Of a stretch of 64,000 nucleotides of DNA, positions 1-10,992 are shown piece after piece. Numbering within the stretch: position 1 is the stretch's first letter; each line of letters begins with the position of its first letter. The stretch is from the NCBI GenBank assembly GCA_963777315.1, contig CAVZQC010000006.1, positions 82,555-146,554 of the forward strand. Direction: 5' to 3'. The notes under the pieces are model-generated. The model was not told where the DNA came from. It searched no databases and worked only from the letters and a program-made list of their open reading frames with translations. The translations under genes were made by a program, and so were the position numbers. This stretch comes from Vulcanimicrobiota bacterium (GTDB lineage Bacteria > Vulcanimicrobiota > Vulcanimicrobiia > Vulcanimicrobiales > Vulcanimicrobiaceae).

Positions 1-258
1 CGCGAGTTCTTCGATCGCGCGCGCGTACGACACGTAATCCGCCCCCGAGCCGCCGTATTCTTCGGGCACGAGCAGACCCATGATGCCGGCGGCAGTGAGT
101 TTGCCGAACAGTTCGCGCGGAAAATAATGATCGCGATCCCACTGTGCGATGTGCGGCGCAATCTCGCGCTGGGCGATCTGGGCTGCAAGTTCGCCGACTT
201 GGCGCTGATCTTCGGTGAGTTCGTATGCCGTAGCGCTGGGATCAGCGCGCTGCGTAAT
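1..258 (-). CDS. Acyl-CoA dehydrogenase, N-terminal part (runs off the window edge)
   Basis: Manual translation gives [64 protein letters not shown], a typical ACAD N-terminus. Start is uncertain: ATT at 258 with GGAAGGGA upstream, or TTG at 303. Confidence 0.9.
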   Translation of the reverse strand, partial: MTQRADPSATAYELTEDQRQVGELAAQIAQREIAPHIAQWDRDHYFPRELFGKLTAAGIMGLLVPEEYGGSGADYVSYARAIEELA

Positions 259-1088
259 CGTAAAATCCCTTCCCGGATTTTTTCCCGTACCAGCCGGCGG
301 CAACGTACTGCTTGAGCAGCGGGCACGGCCGGTATTTGGTGTCGGCGAAGCCGTCGTACAGCACGTTCATGATGGCAAGGCACGTATCCAATCCGATGAA
401 GTCGGCCAGCTGCAGCGGACCCATCGGATGATTCATTCCCAGTTTCATCACCGTATCGATTGCATCGGGAGAACCCACGCCTTCGTACAAAGCGTAGATC
501 GCCTCGTTGATCATCGGCATGAGCACGCGGTTGGAAACGAAACCGGGAAAGTCGCGCACTTCTACCGGCGTCTTGTCGAGATCGCGCGCCAGCTGCTGCG
601 TGAAGTCGTACGTTTCTTGGGAGGTTGCGATACCGCGAATGATCTCGACGAGCTGCATTACGGGCACCGGGTTCATGAAGTGCATGCCGATGACCCGCTC
701 GGGGCGCTTGGTGGCCGCACCTAAGCTCGTGATGGAGATCGAAGACGTATTGCTGGCCAGGATTGCCTCGGGCGGGGTCGATCGATCGAGCGATCGGAAC
801 AGCTCGAGTTTGAGGTCAAGGTCTTCGGTAGCCGCTTCGATGGCGACGTCGACGTCAAAATCTTTGATCGCGGTTTCCGGCCGAATGTGCGTGAGAACGG
901 TCCCGCGCTGCTCTTGCGTGAAGCGTCCTTTCTCCACGCCGCGGTCCAGCGTGCGCTCGATGGCCGCAAGCCCGCGATTGACGCTGGCTTCGTCGCGATC
1001 GACCAAAATGACCGAATTGTGGTGCATTGCCGCGACTTGAGCTATGCCGGACCCCATTTGTCCGGCTCCCACGACAGACTATCCGCAC
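242..1088 (-). CDS. hbd: 3-hydroxybutyryl-CoA dehydrogenase (apparent +1 frameshift near 1078)
   Basis: [11 protein letters not shown]ossmann motif, [15 protein letters not shown] and HPMGPL. Removing one base gives a GTG start reading MRIAVVGAG. Confidence 0.93.
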
Positions 1089-1096
1089 GCGCAGAA

Positions 1097-2449
1097 TTAC
1101 TCGACGCGCACGAGTACGGCGTCGCCTTGGCCTCCGCCGCTGCAGATCGCAGCCACGCCCAGGCCGCCTCCGCGCGCGCGAAGCTGATGAACGACCGTGC
1201 CTATCAGGCGCGCGCCGCTCGCGCCGATCGGATGCCCCATGGCAACCGCACCGCCGAGCTTGTTGATTTGCTCGGGGTCGAGGCCTAATCTGCGGGCCGA
1301 CGTTATCGCGACCGCGGAAAACGCTTCGTTGATCTCCCAAACGTCGATTTGATCGGCGCGCAAGCCGCTCTTCGCGAGCAGCTTTTGCGCGGCCATCGCG
1401 GGGGTGAGCGCAATGTACGGCGAGTCCCACGCGACGGCCGCATGGCCCAGTACGCTGCCGATGACGCTGCAGCCGTGCTCGCGCGCGTAGCGATCGCTTG
1501 CGAGCACCATCGCGGCTGCGCCGTCGTTGACGCCGGGCGCGTTGCCCGCGGTGATCGTGCCGTCTTTGTCCAGCGGTTTGAGCTTGGCCATTGCTTCCAA
1601 ACTCGCGTCGGCGCGCACGCCTTCATCGCGATCGACCGCCGTGCTTGGAACGTCGCCCGTGACGAACGGCGCCCACTGCGCGTAGTCGAGCGTAAATTCA
1701 GCGGAAGGTTCATGCGACCACAAGTCGTCCGCGGACGAGCTCGACGAACCGGCGGCCACCGGAACGCGTGCGCGGGCCGGCAGTGGGAGCGCATCGACGA
1801 CGATCTTGCCTTTGGCCTTGGAGGCTACGCGAACCGGAATGATTTCAGCGGCAAGCTTGCCGGTTTGCTGAGCATGCGCGGCGCGGCGGTGGCTCTCGTA
1901 CGCGAAACGATCCTGCTCTTCGCGCGAGACGCCCAGCTCGCCGGCGACCTTTGCTCCCTGAGCGGCCATCGTCATCGGAAAATAGTAGTCCCACAGCCCG
2001 TCGTGAATCATCGCGTCGATCAGCCGTCCGTCGCCGAAGCGGTATCCACCGCGCGCGTCCTTTAATAGATACGGCGCGTTGGACATCGACTCCATGCCGC
2101 CGGCGCCGACCACGTCGTTGCTGCCTTCGTTGATGAGCCGGGCGGCATTGACGATCGCGAGCAGGCCGGAAGCGCACACTTTGTTGACCGTTTCAGCCGT
2201 TACGGTCTTGGCCAAGCCGCTTTTGAAGCCGACTTGGCGCGCGGGATTCTGGCCCACGCCGGCCTGAAGCACTTCTCCCATGATGACGTGCTCGATTTCG
2301 GCCGGGTCGACGCCCGAGCGCTCGATTGCGGCCACCATGGCGGCGGCCCCCAGCGTAGTCGCCTCCAGCGGGGCAAGCGCGCCGCCCAGACGCCCGAACG
2401 GGGTACGCGCGGTGCCCAAAATCACCGCCTTGGAACCATTGGAATTCAT
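1097..2449 (-). CDS. Acetyl-CoA C-acyltransferase (thiolase) with ~54-aa insertion
   Basis: Catalytic motifs NKVCASG, NEAF, GHPIGASG and CSGGG are all present. Confidence 0.95.
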   Translation of the reverse strand: MNSNGSKAVILGTARTPFGRLGGALAPLEATTLGAAAMVAAIERSGVDPAEIEHVIMGEVLQAGVGQNPARQVGFKSGLAKTVTAETVNKVCASGLLAIVNAARLINEGSNDVVGAGGMESMSNAPYLLKDARGGYRFGDGRLIDAMIHDGLWDYYFPMTMAAQGAKVAGELGVSREEQDRFAYESHRRAAHAQQTGKLAAEIIPVRVASKAKGKIVVDALPLPARARVPVAAGSSSSSADDLWSHEPSAEFTLDYAQWAPFVTGDVPSTAVDRDEGVRADASLEAMAKLKPLDKDGTITAGNAPGVNDGAAAMVLASDRYAREHGCSVIGSVLGHAAVAWDSPYIALTPAMAAQKLLAKSGLRADQIDVWEINEAFSAVAITSARRLGLDPEQINKLGGAVAMGHPIGASGARLIGTVVHQLRARGGGLGVAAICSGGGQGDAVLVRVE

Positions 2450-2520
2450 ACACGAGAACGCTTCGTGACGCTCCAGAAGGGGTCCTTATGCCGCTGCTTG
2501 CGCTTGACGCCCTACGTGGT

Positions 2521-2542
2521 AAACTAGTCTATGAACTAGTGC
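2521..2542 (+). promoter_or_regulatory. Putative TA autorepression operator: two ACTAGT palindromes
   Basis: aaACTAGTctatgaACTAGTgc lies just upstream of the antitoxin RBS. A similar motif precedes the second TA pair. Confidence 0.55.
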
Positions 2543-2558
2543 AAAGGAAGAGCGCGCC

Positions 2559-2795
2559 ATGAGATCCGTCGGGGCATACGAGGCTAAGGCTAACTTGTCT
2601 AAACTCTTGGAAGCGGTCGAAGCGGGCGAGTCCATTACGATAACTCGCAACGGCAAAGCGGTCGCGGAAATTCGCCCGATCGACCGCCGCGCACGAGCTC
2701 GGCAGGCTATTGCGGCTATAACTCAATTGCGCCGAGGTCTGACTCTGGGCGGCATTTCGGTGCGAGAACTCGTCGAGCACGGCCGCAAGCAATAG
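2559..2795 (+). CDS. Phd/YefM-family antitoxin
   Basis: VGAYEAKANLSKLLEAVEAGESITITRNGKAVAEI; lies directly upstream of a PIN gene. Confidence 0.92.
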   Translation: MRSVGAYEAKANLSKLLEAVEAGESITITRNGKAVAEIRPIDRRARARQAIAAITQLRRGLTLGGISVRELVEHGRKQ

Positions 2796-2805
2796 TAGGG
2801 CCGGC

Positions 2806-3207
2806 ATGTTCGTGGTCGATTCCTCAGTTGCGCTGGCATGGTTTTTCGAGGACGAGTCGACAGCCCGAACGATTGAGCTGCTGGAACGTTCCGCGGATGA
2901 CGGCATCGTCGTACCGCAGATTTGGCGCTACGAGATGATCAACGGTTTTCGAAGCGCAATGCTGCGCAGCCGAATGAATCATCGCCAAGCCGGACAAGCC
3001 GTGGTTCAGCTCTTGCGGCTTGCCGCCGAGGTCGATGAAAGCTCGGATGAGCGCATTAGAGCCACGTATGATTTGAGCAACGAGTATGCCTTGCCGTGCT
3101 ATGATGCTGCATACCTTGAGCTGGCGCGCCATCGACAGACTCCGCTGGCAACCAACGATGGGCAATTAGCAGATGCGGCGCGCAAGCTGCGCGTAGAGCT
3201 TTTATAG
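2806..3207 (+). CDS. VapC-family PIN-domain toxin
   Basis: FVVDSSVALAW...YE...YDAAYLELA...LATND acidic PIN residues. Confidence 0.92.
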   Translation: MFVVDSSVALAWFFEDESTARTIELLERSADDGIVVPQIWRYEMINGFRSAMLRSRMNHRQAGQAVVQLLRLAAEVDESSDERIRATYDLSNEYALPCYDAAYLELARHRQTPLATNDGQLADAARKLRVELL

Positions 3208-4101
3208 TCCCTCGCCCGGCGACATCGGCTGAGTGCAGACCACGCGTTCGTCGGCAGCGCAGTTCTCACATTCGAACTGCAGCGTAACGTGCGACACGCC
3301 GAACCGTTTGCGCACCATGGCGTCGACCTCGCGCAGAACGTACGTCGCTTCGCTCACTCGGCGATCGTCGATGAGCACGTGCGCGGAGAGCGCGCTTGCG
3401 CCGGTTCCGATCGTCCAGACGTGCAGGTCGTGAATTGCAACGATTCCCGCAAGCGACGCCATCGCTTCGCGGATCTCGCTCACGTGCATGCCGCGGGGCA
3501 CGCCTTCGAGCAGCACGTCGGCGGCGTCGCGCACTACGCGCAGTACGCCCACGACGATGATGGCCGCGACGAACAGCGAGAGCGCGGGATCGATCCACGG
3601 CGCGCCGGTTGCCGCGATCGCGGCGCCGCCGACGATAACCGCAAACGCGCCGAGCGCATCGCCCGCAACGTGAAACAGCACCGCTTTCACGTTGAGGTTT
3701 TGTTTACTGCTCCTTGCAAGCATCAGCGCGATGCCCGCGTTGACCAGAAGACCGACGCCCGCGATCGCACTCATCAGCGCGCCGTCGGGATGATGCACGA
3801 TAAAAAAGCGCTGCACGGCTTGGTAAGCGATGAACGCCGTCGCCGCGAGCAGCACGCTGCCGTTCACGAGCGCGCCCAATATTTCCACGCGCCCGTAGCC
3901 GAAGGTTTTGCGGGAGGTCGCCGGCCGCTGCGCTCCGGCCATCGCGAACAGCGCGATCCCCAGCGCGAAAACGTCCATGCACACGTGGACTGCGTCGGTA
4001 AGCAGCGCGAGCGATCCGGCACGTACGCCGCCCCAGAATTCTAAGCCCGCGACGCACGCGACCAGCGCGAGCGCAACCGTGAGCCGCGCGCGCGGCGACA
4101 C
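3202..4101 (-). CDS. Cation diffusion facilitator (CzcD/ZitB-like)
   Basis: SLALLTDAVH, TFGYGRVE, HVAGD, HDLHVW and HVTLQFE motifs. Confidence 0.93.
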   Translation of the reverse strand: MSPRARLTVALALVACVAGLEFWGGVRAGSLALLTDAVHVCMDVFALGIALFAMAGAQRPATSRKTFGYGRVEILGALVNGSVLLAATAFIAYQAVQRFFIVHHPDGALMSAIAGVGLLVNAGIALMLARSSKQNLNVKAVLFHVAGDALGAFAVIVGGAAIAATGAPWIDPALSLFVAAIIVVGVLRVVRDAADVLLEGVPRGMHVSEIREAMASLAGIVAIHDLHVWTIGTGASALSAHVLIDDRRVSEATYVLREVDAMVRKRFGVSHVTLQFECENCAADERVVCTQPMSPGEGL

Positions 4102-4105
4102 GGCG

Positions 4106-4705
4106 TTACGCCTTGCGCGCCTTGAGCGCGAGCACCGCCAGCATCGCGCCGAAGGTGAAGAACGTCTTGCTCTCCGCCGCGGCGATTGCGTCGGCCTTCC
4201 ACGTTCCCTGCTGCTGTGCCGCAGGCGTCAGCGCGGGAATCAGCGGCGGCACGCTCGCCCGATACGCGTCGTACTGCGGGCCGAACCGAGTGCGCAGATA
4301 CTGCTCTTCGTGCGGAACGATGATTGCGTACACTGCCGCCATGATTCCCAAACACGCCCCCGTCAAGGCCGCTCGCCGCGCCGCAGCGTTGCCGCCCGTG
4401 AACGCTATCGTGAAACCGCAAGCGGTGACGAAATTGCCGGCGTACAGCGGATTTCGTACGTAAGCGTAAGGCCCGGCGGTGACGAGCTCCGGCGCGGTGA
4501 CCCGATCGTCGCGCGTCGTGACGCCCGAATATCCGACCGCCCAGCAGCGGACCAGCTCACCGCACAGCGCGATGGGCAATCCTACGGCCACGCTGAATGC
4601 AGTGGGTTTGCCGAACGCGGCCAGCAGCGCTGCCGGTAGGGCCAGCAGCGCACCGCGGTTTTTGAAGACGAACGTGCGAACGCCGCCGGCACCGGGATCG
4701 CTCAT
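4106..4705 (-). CDS. Isoprenylcysteine carboxyl methyltransferase (ICMT/PEMT)-family membrane methyltransferase
   Basis: LVTAGPYAYVRNPLY and EEQYLRTRFGPQYDAY motifs. ATGA overlap with the upstream gene. Confidence 0.85.
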   Translation of the reverse strand: MSDPGAGGVRTFVFKNRGALLALPAALLAAFGKPTAFSVAVGLPIALCGELVRCWAVGYSGVTTRDDRVTAPELVTAGPYAYVRNPLYAGNFVTACGFTIAFTGGNAAARRAALTGACLGIMAAVYAIIVPHEEQYLRTRFGPQYDAYRASVPPLIPALTPAAQQQGTWKADAIAAAESKTFFTFGAMLAVLALKARKA

Positions 4706-5637
4706 GATGCGCCGCTCATTTGGGCGGCCCGGTAAATGTCCTGCAGCGAGCGCGACAGCGGAATTTTGGGTTCCCATCCGGTTGCCCGGCGCAGCTTTTC
4801 GTTGCTGCCGTACAGCAGCGCAGTGTCCGACGGGCGCATTCGCGCGGCATCTTCGCGCACTTCGACCGGCACGTGAGCGATGCGGATCAACTCCCCGAGC
4901 AAGTCCCGAATGGCGGTTGCAACGCCGCTGCACACGTTGTATGCCTGCCCGCGTTCGCCGCGTTCGGCCAGCGCAACGTAAGCGCGCACGACGTCGCGCA
5001 CGTCCAAAAAATCGCGCCGGGCCGCAAGGTTGCCGCAATGCAGCACCGCAGGCGCGCCTGCGGCTATCCGTGCGAGCTGCGCGGCAAACGAAGGAACCAC
5101 GAAGCGCTCGTTCTGCCCCGGACCGATGTGGTTGAACGCGCGCGCGATGACCGCGTCGACTCCGAAACTGCGCGCTTCGCCCAGCACGATTGCCTCGCCG
5201 GCGGCTTTGCTGGCAGCGTACGGGTTTTCGGGGTCGGGGCGGGCGTTCTCGTCCAATGGCGCCGCGCCGCCTTGGCGTCCGTATACGTCGGCAGAGCTGA
5301 CGAAAACGAATCGCGCATCCGATCCGCTGCGCTCGCGCCAAGCGCGCAGCGCGGCGAGCATACGAGAAGTTCCCATGATGTTGGTTTCATACGTTTGCTC
5401 GGGCGCTTCCAACGCGCGCGGAACGAACGCCTGCGCCGCCAGATGGAAGACGACGTCCGGAGCAGCGAGATCGAAAGCCGCGTTCAAACTCGCAGCATCG
5501 GCGAGATCGATCGGCACGAGATCGGTGCCGATATCGTGCATTCCGCCCGCAGCCAGGACCTCGTGCCCGCCCTCGCGCAAAGCCGGCACCAAGTACGGTC
5601 CCACGAACCCTCCCGCGCCGGTGACCAGCGCGCGCAT
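4702..5637 (-). CDS. rmd: GDP-4-keto-6-deoxy-D-mannose reductase-like SDR (GDP-D-rhamnose synthesis)
   Basis: TGAGGFVG, HLAAQAFV, YAASK and RAFNHIGPGQ motifs; directly downstream of gmd. Confidence 0.8.
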   Translation of the reverse strand: MRALVTGAGGFVGPYLVPALREGGHEVLAAGGMHDIGTDLVPIDLADAASLNAAFDLAAPDVVFHLAAQAFVPRALEAPEQTYETNIMGTSRMLAALRAWRERSGSDARFVFVSSADVYGRQGGAAPLDENARPDPENPYAASKAAGEAIVLGEARSFGVDAVIARAFNHIGPGQNERFVVPSFAAQLARIAAGAPAVLHCGNLAARRDFLDVRDVVRAYVALAERGERGQAYNVCSGVATAIRDLLGELIRIAHVPVEVREDAARMRPSDTALLYGSNEKLRRATGWEPKIPLSRSLQDIYRAAQMSGAS

Positions 5638-6621
<984 letters not shown>

Positions 6622-7305
6622 CTAGTTGAGGGTGGCGATGTTTTCGCCCTTGTCGTCGAAAACGAAGCGCGTCTCGAACATCTCGTCGCCTTCGGGTCCG
6701 ACGACCTTGGATTGGATCGTCAAGCGGTGCATGACCTTGCCTTCATGGCGCACCGCGCCGGAATAAAAGTACTGCACGAGCGGCGTTTGGCTGTCTTTGA
6801 GCGGCGCCAGGCGTCTGCGTGCGACCAATATTTCGAGCAGGCGCTGCTGCAGTTTGCTGGGCAGCAGCCGGCTCGCATCGTCCGGGCTCAGCCGCAGCGT
6901 GGTCAGCTCTTCCTGCGCCTTGTTGCTCTCTTCGACGGGCTTTCCGGTGGTGTAACGCACGATCGCGTCCCAGTCGTCGGCCGAGATGCCGGTAAAGCGC
7001 ATGCCGTAGCGCCATACGGATTTTCCTTGATGCGTGATCGTGTCTTGCCAAACGGATTTCGCGCGGACGCGAACGCCGCGCGATTCTATGGTCGCGCGGA
7101 CTTCGAACTCGTCTTTGCCGACGGGTTCCTGCGTGATGACGCACAGCCCGCCGCCGCCGATGTCGAGTCCAATCGCCGGCTTTTGTGCGGTTTCGGCACC
7201 GGCGCAAACCGTTGCCCGGTAAGCTTTCCGTCTGCGGGGATACTTCCGTCGATTCGGTTCCTTACCGGTAAACAACGCCAGCAAATCTGCCAGCATGGGG
7301 CGCAT
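6622..7305 (-). CDS. PilZ-domain protein with an unknown C-terminal domain
   Basis: NRRKYPR (RxxxR), DIGGGG (D/NxSxxG-like) and YGMRF. Start at 7305 or 7296. Confidence 0.75.
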   Translation of the reverse strand: MRPMLADLLALFTGKEPNRRKYPRRRKAYRATVCAGAETAQKPAIGLDIGGGGLCVITQEPVGKDEFEVRATIESRGVRVRAKSVWQDTITHQGKSVWRYGMRFTGISADDWDAIVRYTTGKPVEESNKAQEELTTLRLSPDDASRLLPSKLQQRLLEILVARRRLAPLKDSQTPLVQYFYSGAVRHEGKVMHRLTIQSKVVGPEGDEMFETRFVFDDKGENIATLN

Positions 7306-7316
7306 TTCGCCCCGGT

Positions 7317-8079
7317 TCAGATGCGTTCCGCCTGCTCTCGCGGACGCCGCGCGAGTTCGATGACGCGCCGAGCGACGAACGCGGCGACTTCGCTGGGAAC
7401 CGTCCCCCGCCCGAAGCCCGCATCGTAGCCCAGTTCCGCGGCCATGAGATTGGTCACGCGCGGGCCGCCCGCGCACAGCACCACGCTCTCGCGCAGCCCT
7501 TCGGCTTCGACGAGCTCGACCAGCGCGGTGAAGTTCTTTACGTCACTTCCCTTCTGCGTGACGACTTGCGAAGCCAGCAGCGCGTCAAGCCGCTTTTCCT
7601 TGGCGAACCGCACGAACTCTTCCACCGAAACCTGGCTGCCCAGGTTGTGCACCTCGAACGATTTGTAGCGCTCGAGTCCGTAGTCGCCTTTGTAGCCTTT
7701 CATGTTGAGGATGGCATCGATGCCGACCGTATGCGCGTCGGTGCCGATGCACGCGCCCGCGATGCGGATTTTTCGCCCCAAGCGTTCGGCTACGAGCGCG
7801 TCGGTTTCGTCCATCGACATCGCGTGCGCCTTGATCGACGGAGCCGAAACGGTGGAAAAATCGACCGCTTGCGGCGTCGCCGCATACACGACGAAAAACG
7901 AAAATCCATCGGCCACCGCGCGGCCTTCTGCGACCTGCACGTGGGTGAAACCCATTTTGACGACGAGCTGCCGAGCGGCTTCGTCGGCCGCTTCGCTCCA
8001 ATCGACGGGCAACGTGAACGACAGACTGCACCTTGCCGTCGTTCATCGTGTCGCCGTAGGGCTTGAGCGGGTGAATCAT
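7317..8079 (-). CDS. kamE: Lysine 5,6-aminomutase beta subunit (apparent +1 frameshift near 8025)
   Basis: LKPYGDTMNDGKVQ-LSFTLPV, B12-binding DAHTVG and NMKGY PLP lysine. ATGA overlap with kamD. Confidence 0.92.
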
Positions 8080-9603
8080 TCCTCGAACGGATTCCAATAG
8101 TTTGGACTGCGCCGGAAAACGCCGTCGAAGCCGCGTCCTCCATCCGGCGGCCGCGAAACGTCGGCAAAGACGGACGCTTGGATCGCATGCATCAACCCAA
8201 GGTCGTTCACCCGCACGAGCAAATCGCGGCATGCCGACAGCACGTCCTGCGCGCGGCCTTCGACTCTGCCGCCGGGTTTGAACGCGATTTCGTCACCGAA
8301 ATGCCGGGCGGTGTTCATGATGTAGCGCGCGTTTTCAAGCGAGAGCACGCGGTCGGTCAAAAACGGCGTGTGGATCGCCTCGGTCAGCATGCCGCACAGA
8401 TGAACCGTCTGATGCGTCATCACCGAGGTGAGGTTGAACATCGCGTCGACCAGATGCCCTTTGAAGATATCGCCGGTCATGTGCTTGGTGGGCGGCATAT
8501 ACTTGAGCGGCGCGTCGGGAAATATCTGCCGCGCGAGCTGCGCCTGCGCAACCTGCATCAAAAAGCCGTCCTGCAGATCCGGATCGATCTCGTACGCATC
8601 GCCTAAGCCGATCTGCTCGTCCGGCATGCCGGCGCGGTGGGCGAATTCTTCGTTGATGAACTGCGAGGCCAGCACCGCGGGCGCCTGTTCGACCGCATCG
8701 GCGGTCGTCAAGTAGTTGTCCTCTCCGGTGTTGATGATGATCCCGCTGGACGCGTTGAGCTTGCGGCTGAAGTGCTGGTCGATGAACGTGCGTTTCATGT
8801 TGATGTCGCGGAACAAAATGCCGTACATCGAATCGTTCAGCAGCATGTCCAGGCGCTCGAGCGCTGCCATCGCAGCGATTTCAGGCATGCACAAACCGCT
8901 GGCGTAGTTGGTGAGCATGACGTAACGGCCCAGGCGCTGCGGAGACTTCGTCGAGCGCCGCTCGCATGATCGTGAAATTCGCCTGCGTGGCATACGTGCC
9001 GCCGAATCCCTCGGTCGTCGGGCCGTACGGGACGAAGTCCAGCAGCGATTGCCCGGTCGACCGGATGACGGCGACGATCTGCGCGCCCGCCTGAGCCGCA
9101 GCCACGGCAGCGGTGCGGTCCTCATAGATGTTGCCGCTGGCGACGATGACGTACAGCAGCGGCGGCGGAAGCTGGGGCAGGCGCGCCAGCAGTTCGCGGC
9201 GCTCGTCCCGGCGGGCGGCGATACGGCTGCGGCCAAGCCGGGCGCACTTGCGAGCGACCTCGATAGCGGCCGGCTCGGGCACGTCGGAAAACTGCGCGAG
9301 CGTGAGCGCCCCCGCGCCCAGCTGCTCGCCTAGCACGGCGGGCTCGAGCCCCGTTTGAGCGAGCGCGCGCCCGAAAGCAAGGGACACGCCCGCCGCAAGT
9401 TGCTCTTGCTCGAGCGCGTCGACAATGAGGTTCGGCACCGGCACATCGTCGGCGCCGACGCCGTCCACGCCGAACAGGCGCAGCGCGGATCGCTCCACCG
9501 ACACCGTGGAATGCGCGGCGATGAAATCGCTCACCGGGGAAACGATGGCCGATGCCAGCTCCCGGCAGCGATCGACGATGCCGCTGTCGACGCGCAGTTC
9601 CAT
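8076..9603 (-). CDS. kamD: Lysine 5,6-aminomutase alpha subunit (apparent +1 frameshift near 8940)
   Basis: YVIVASGNIYED and RSTGQSLLDFVPYG in one frame; LTNYASGLCMPE, GEDNYLTTADA and KYMPPTK in the next. Confidence 0.93.
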
Positions 9604-9695
9604 GGCTCTATCTTACGGGCGGTCGGGCGTTTCTCCTCAATGCCGCAGGCGCGCTGCACAGGCATCCGCGCACCGGCGTGTGGTATGAGACAAGT

Positions 9696-10992
9696 ATGGC
9701 CAGAAGGTTTTGGAGCCTGTCAGCCGCTATCGCGGCGCTTGCCGGCGGCGCGCTTTTTTTCGCGCTGCACGGTACCGCCGGTACTGCTCCCGCGGTTCCT
9801 GCGACGGCGCCTTCGGATGAACGCGCGACGCATGCGTGGCCCGGATATCAATACTCGCCGGCGCACAACGCCGTCTTTGACGGAACGCTGCGCACGAACT
9901 GGCTGACCAGACTCGGCGACCGGATCAACGGCGGACTGGCCGTCGTCGACGGAACGGTGTACGCGGTGAGCTTCGACGACTCGCTCTACGCGCTTGACGA
10001 AGGATCGGGCAAAGTTCGCTGGAGCGCGCGCGCCGGCAACGTGCTCATGTCGACTCCCGTCGTAACCGCCGGCGGTCTCGTGATCGTCGGCAGCGGCAAA
10101 GACGGCTTTCTCAAACCGAACGACGCCGATTCACAGGTCTGGGGGCGCCCCGCAGGGGACGACTTCTACGCATTTGCGACCGACGACGGGCACGCGGTCT
10201 GGAAGTTTCACACCGACGGTGAAAACATGCCCTCGCCCGCGCTGCGCGGCGACACGCTGGTGTTTGCCAACGGCGACGCGCATGCGTACGCGATCGATGC
10301 GAGCACTTCGCGGTTGCGATGGAGGGTCGACTTGCCCGGCGTCGCCACGATGGCGTCGACCACGATCGACGGCGACGCAGCGTTCGTGAGCACTTGCCAC
10401 AACGCGCCCTATTTCTGCGAAACGCGCGCCATCGACGTGGAAACGGGCAAAACGCTGTGGAGCAATCCGCACGGAGGCAGCGACTGCACGCCCACCGTCT
10501 ACCGCGGCACGGTGTTCGTCAATTCGACGAACGTCGAGAATGCGCCATACACGCCGGGCGGATACGTAACGGTTGCGGCGATCGACGCGCACACCGGACA
10601 TACGAAATGGACGCGTCGCTTCGAGCGCGCTCCGTTCACGTACATCGCCTCCTCGGAACGGCAAATCGCCGGCACCGCGCACGGCGGCATGCTGTACCAA
10701 TCCATCGGAAATCTGCAGCGCGTGGTGGCGATGGACGCCGCGCACCGGAAAAATACGCTGGACCGCGCATACCTCGGGCAATGTGAAGATGAGTCCGGTC
10801 GTCAAAGGCGAGCGCGTGTATTTCGGCGACACGGCCGGCATTTTTTACGCGGTGGACCGGCGCAGCGGACGCATCCTGCACACCGTTTCGTTTCTTCAGC
10901 CGTTTTCGGTTTCGTCGCCGGTCATCGACGGCGGCACGCTGTTCGTGGCGGACGGCCCGATGGTTTTGGCCATGCCGCTGGACACGTTGTGA
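9696..10992 (+). CDS. Exported PQQ-like/BamB-like beta-propeller protein (frameshift near 10740)
   Basis: N-terminal hydrophobic signal and repeated YA(L/I)D..(S/T)G...W blades. The C-terminus continues in the frame ending at 10992. Confidence 0.8.

Noticed and set aside
1631..1792. Thiolase insert as an intein or intron
   Set aside because: It is too short, lacks C/S...HN termini and keeps the reading frame.
7317..9603. kamD, kamE, hbd, prsA and the propeller genes as true pseudogenes
   Set aside because: Each has a single-base indel with otherwise intact motifs and no other decay, so sequencing error is more parsimonious.
9696..10992. PQQ-dependent dehydrogenase function for the propeller proteins
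   Set aside because: Only generic blade repeats are visible; catalytic features were not identified.
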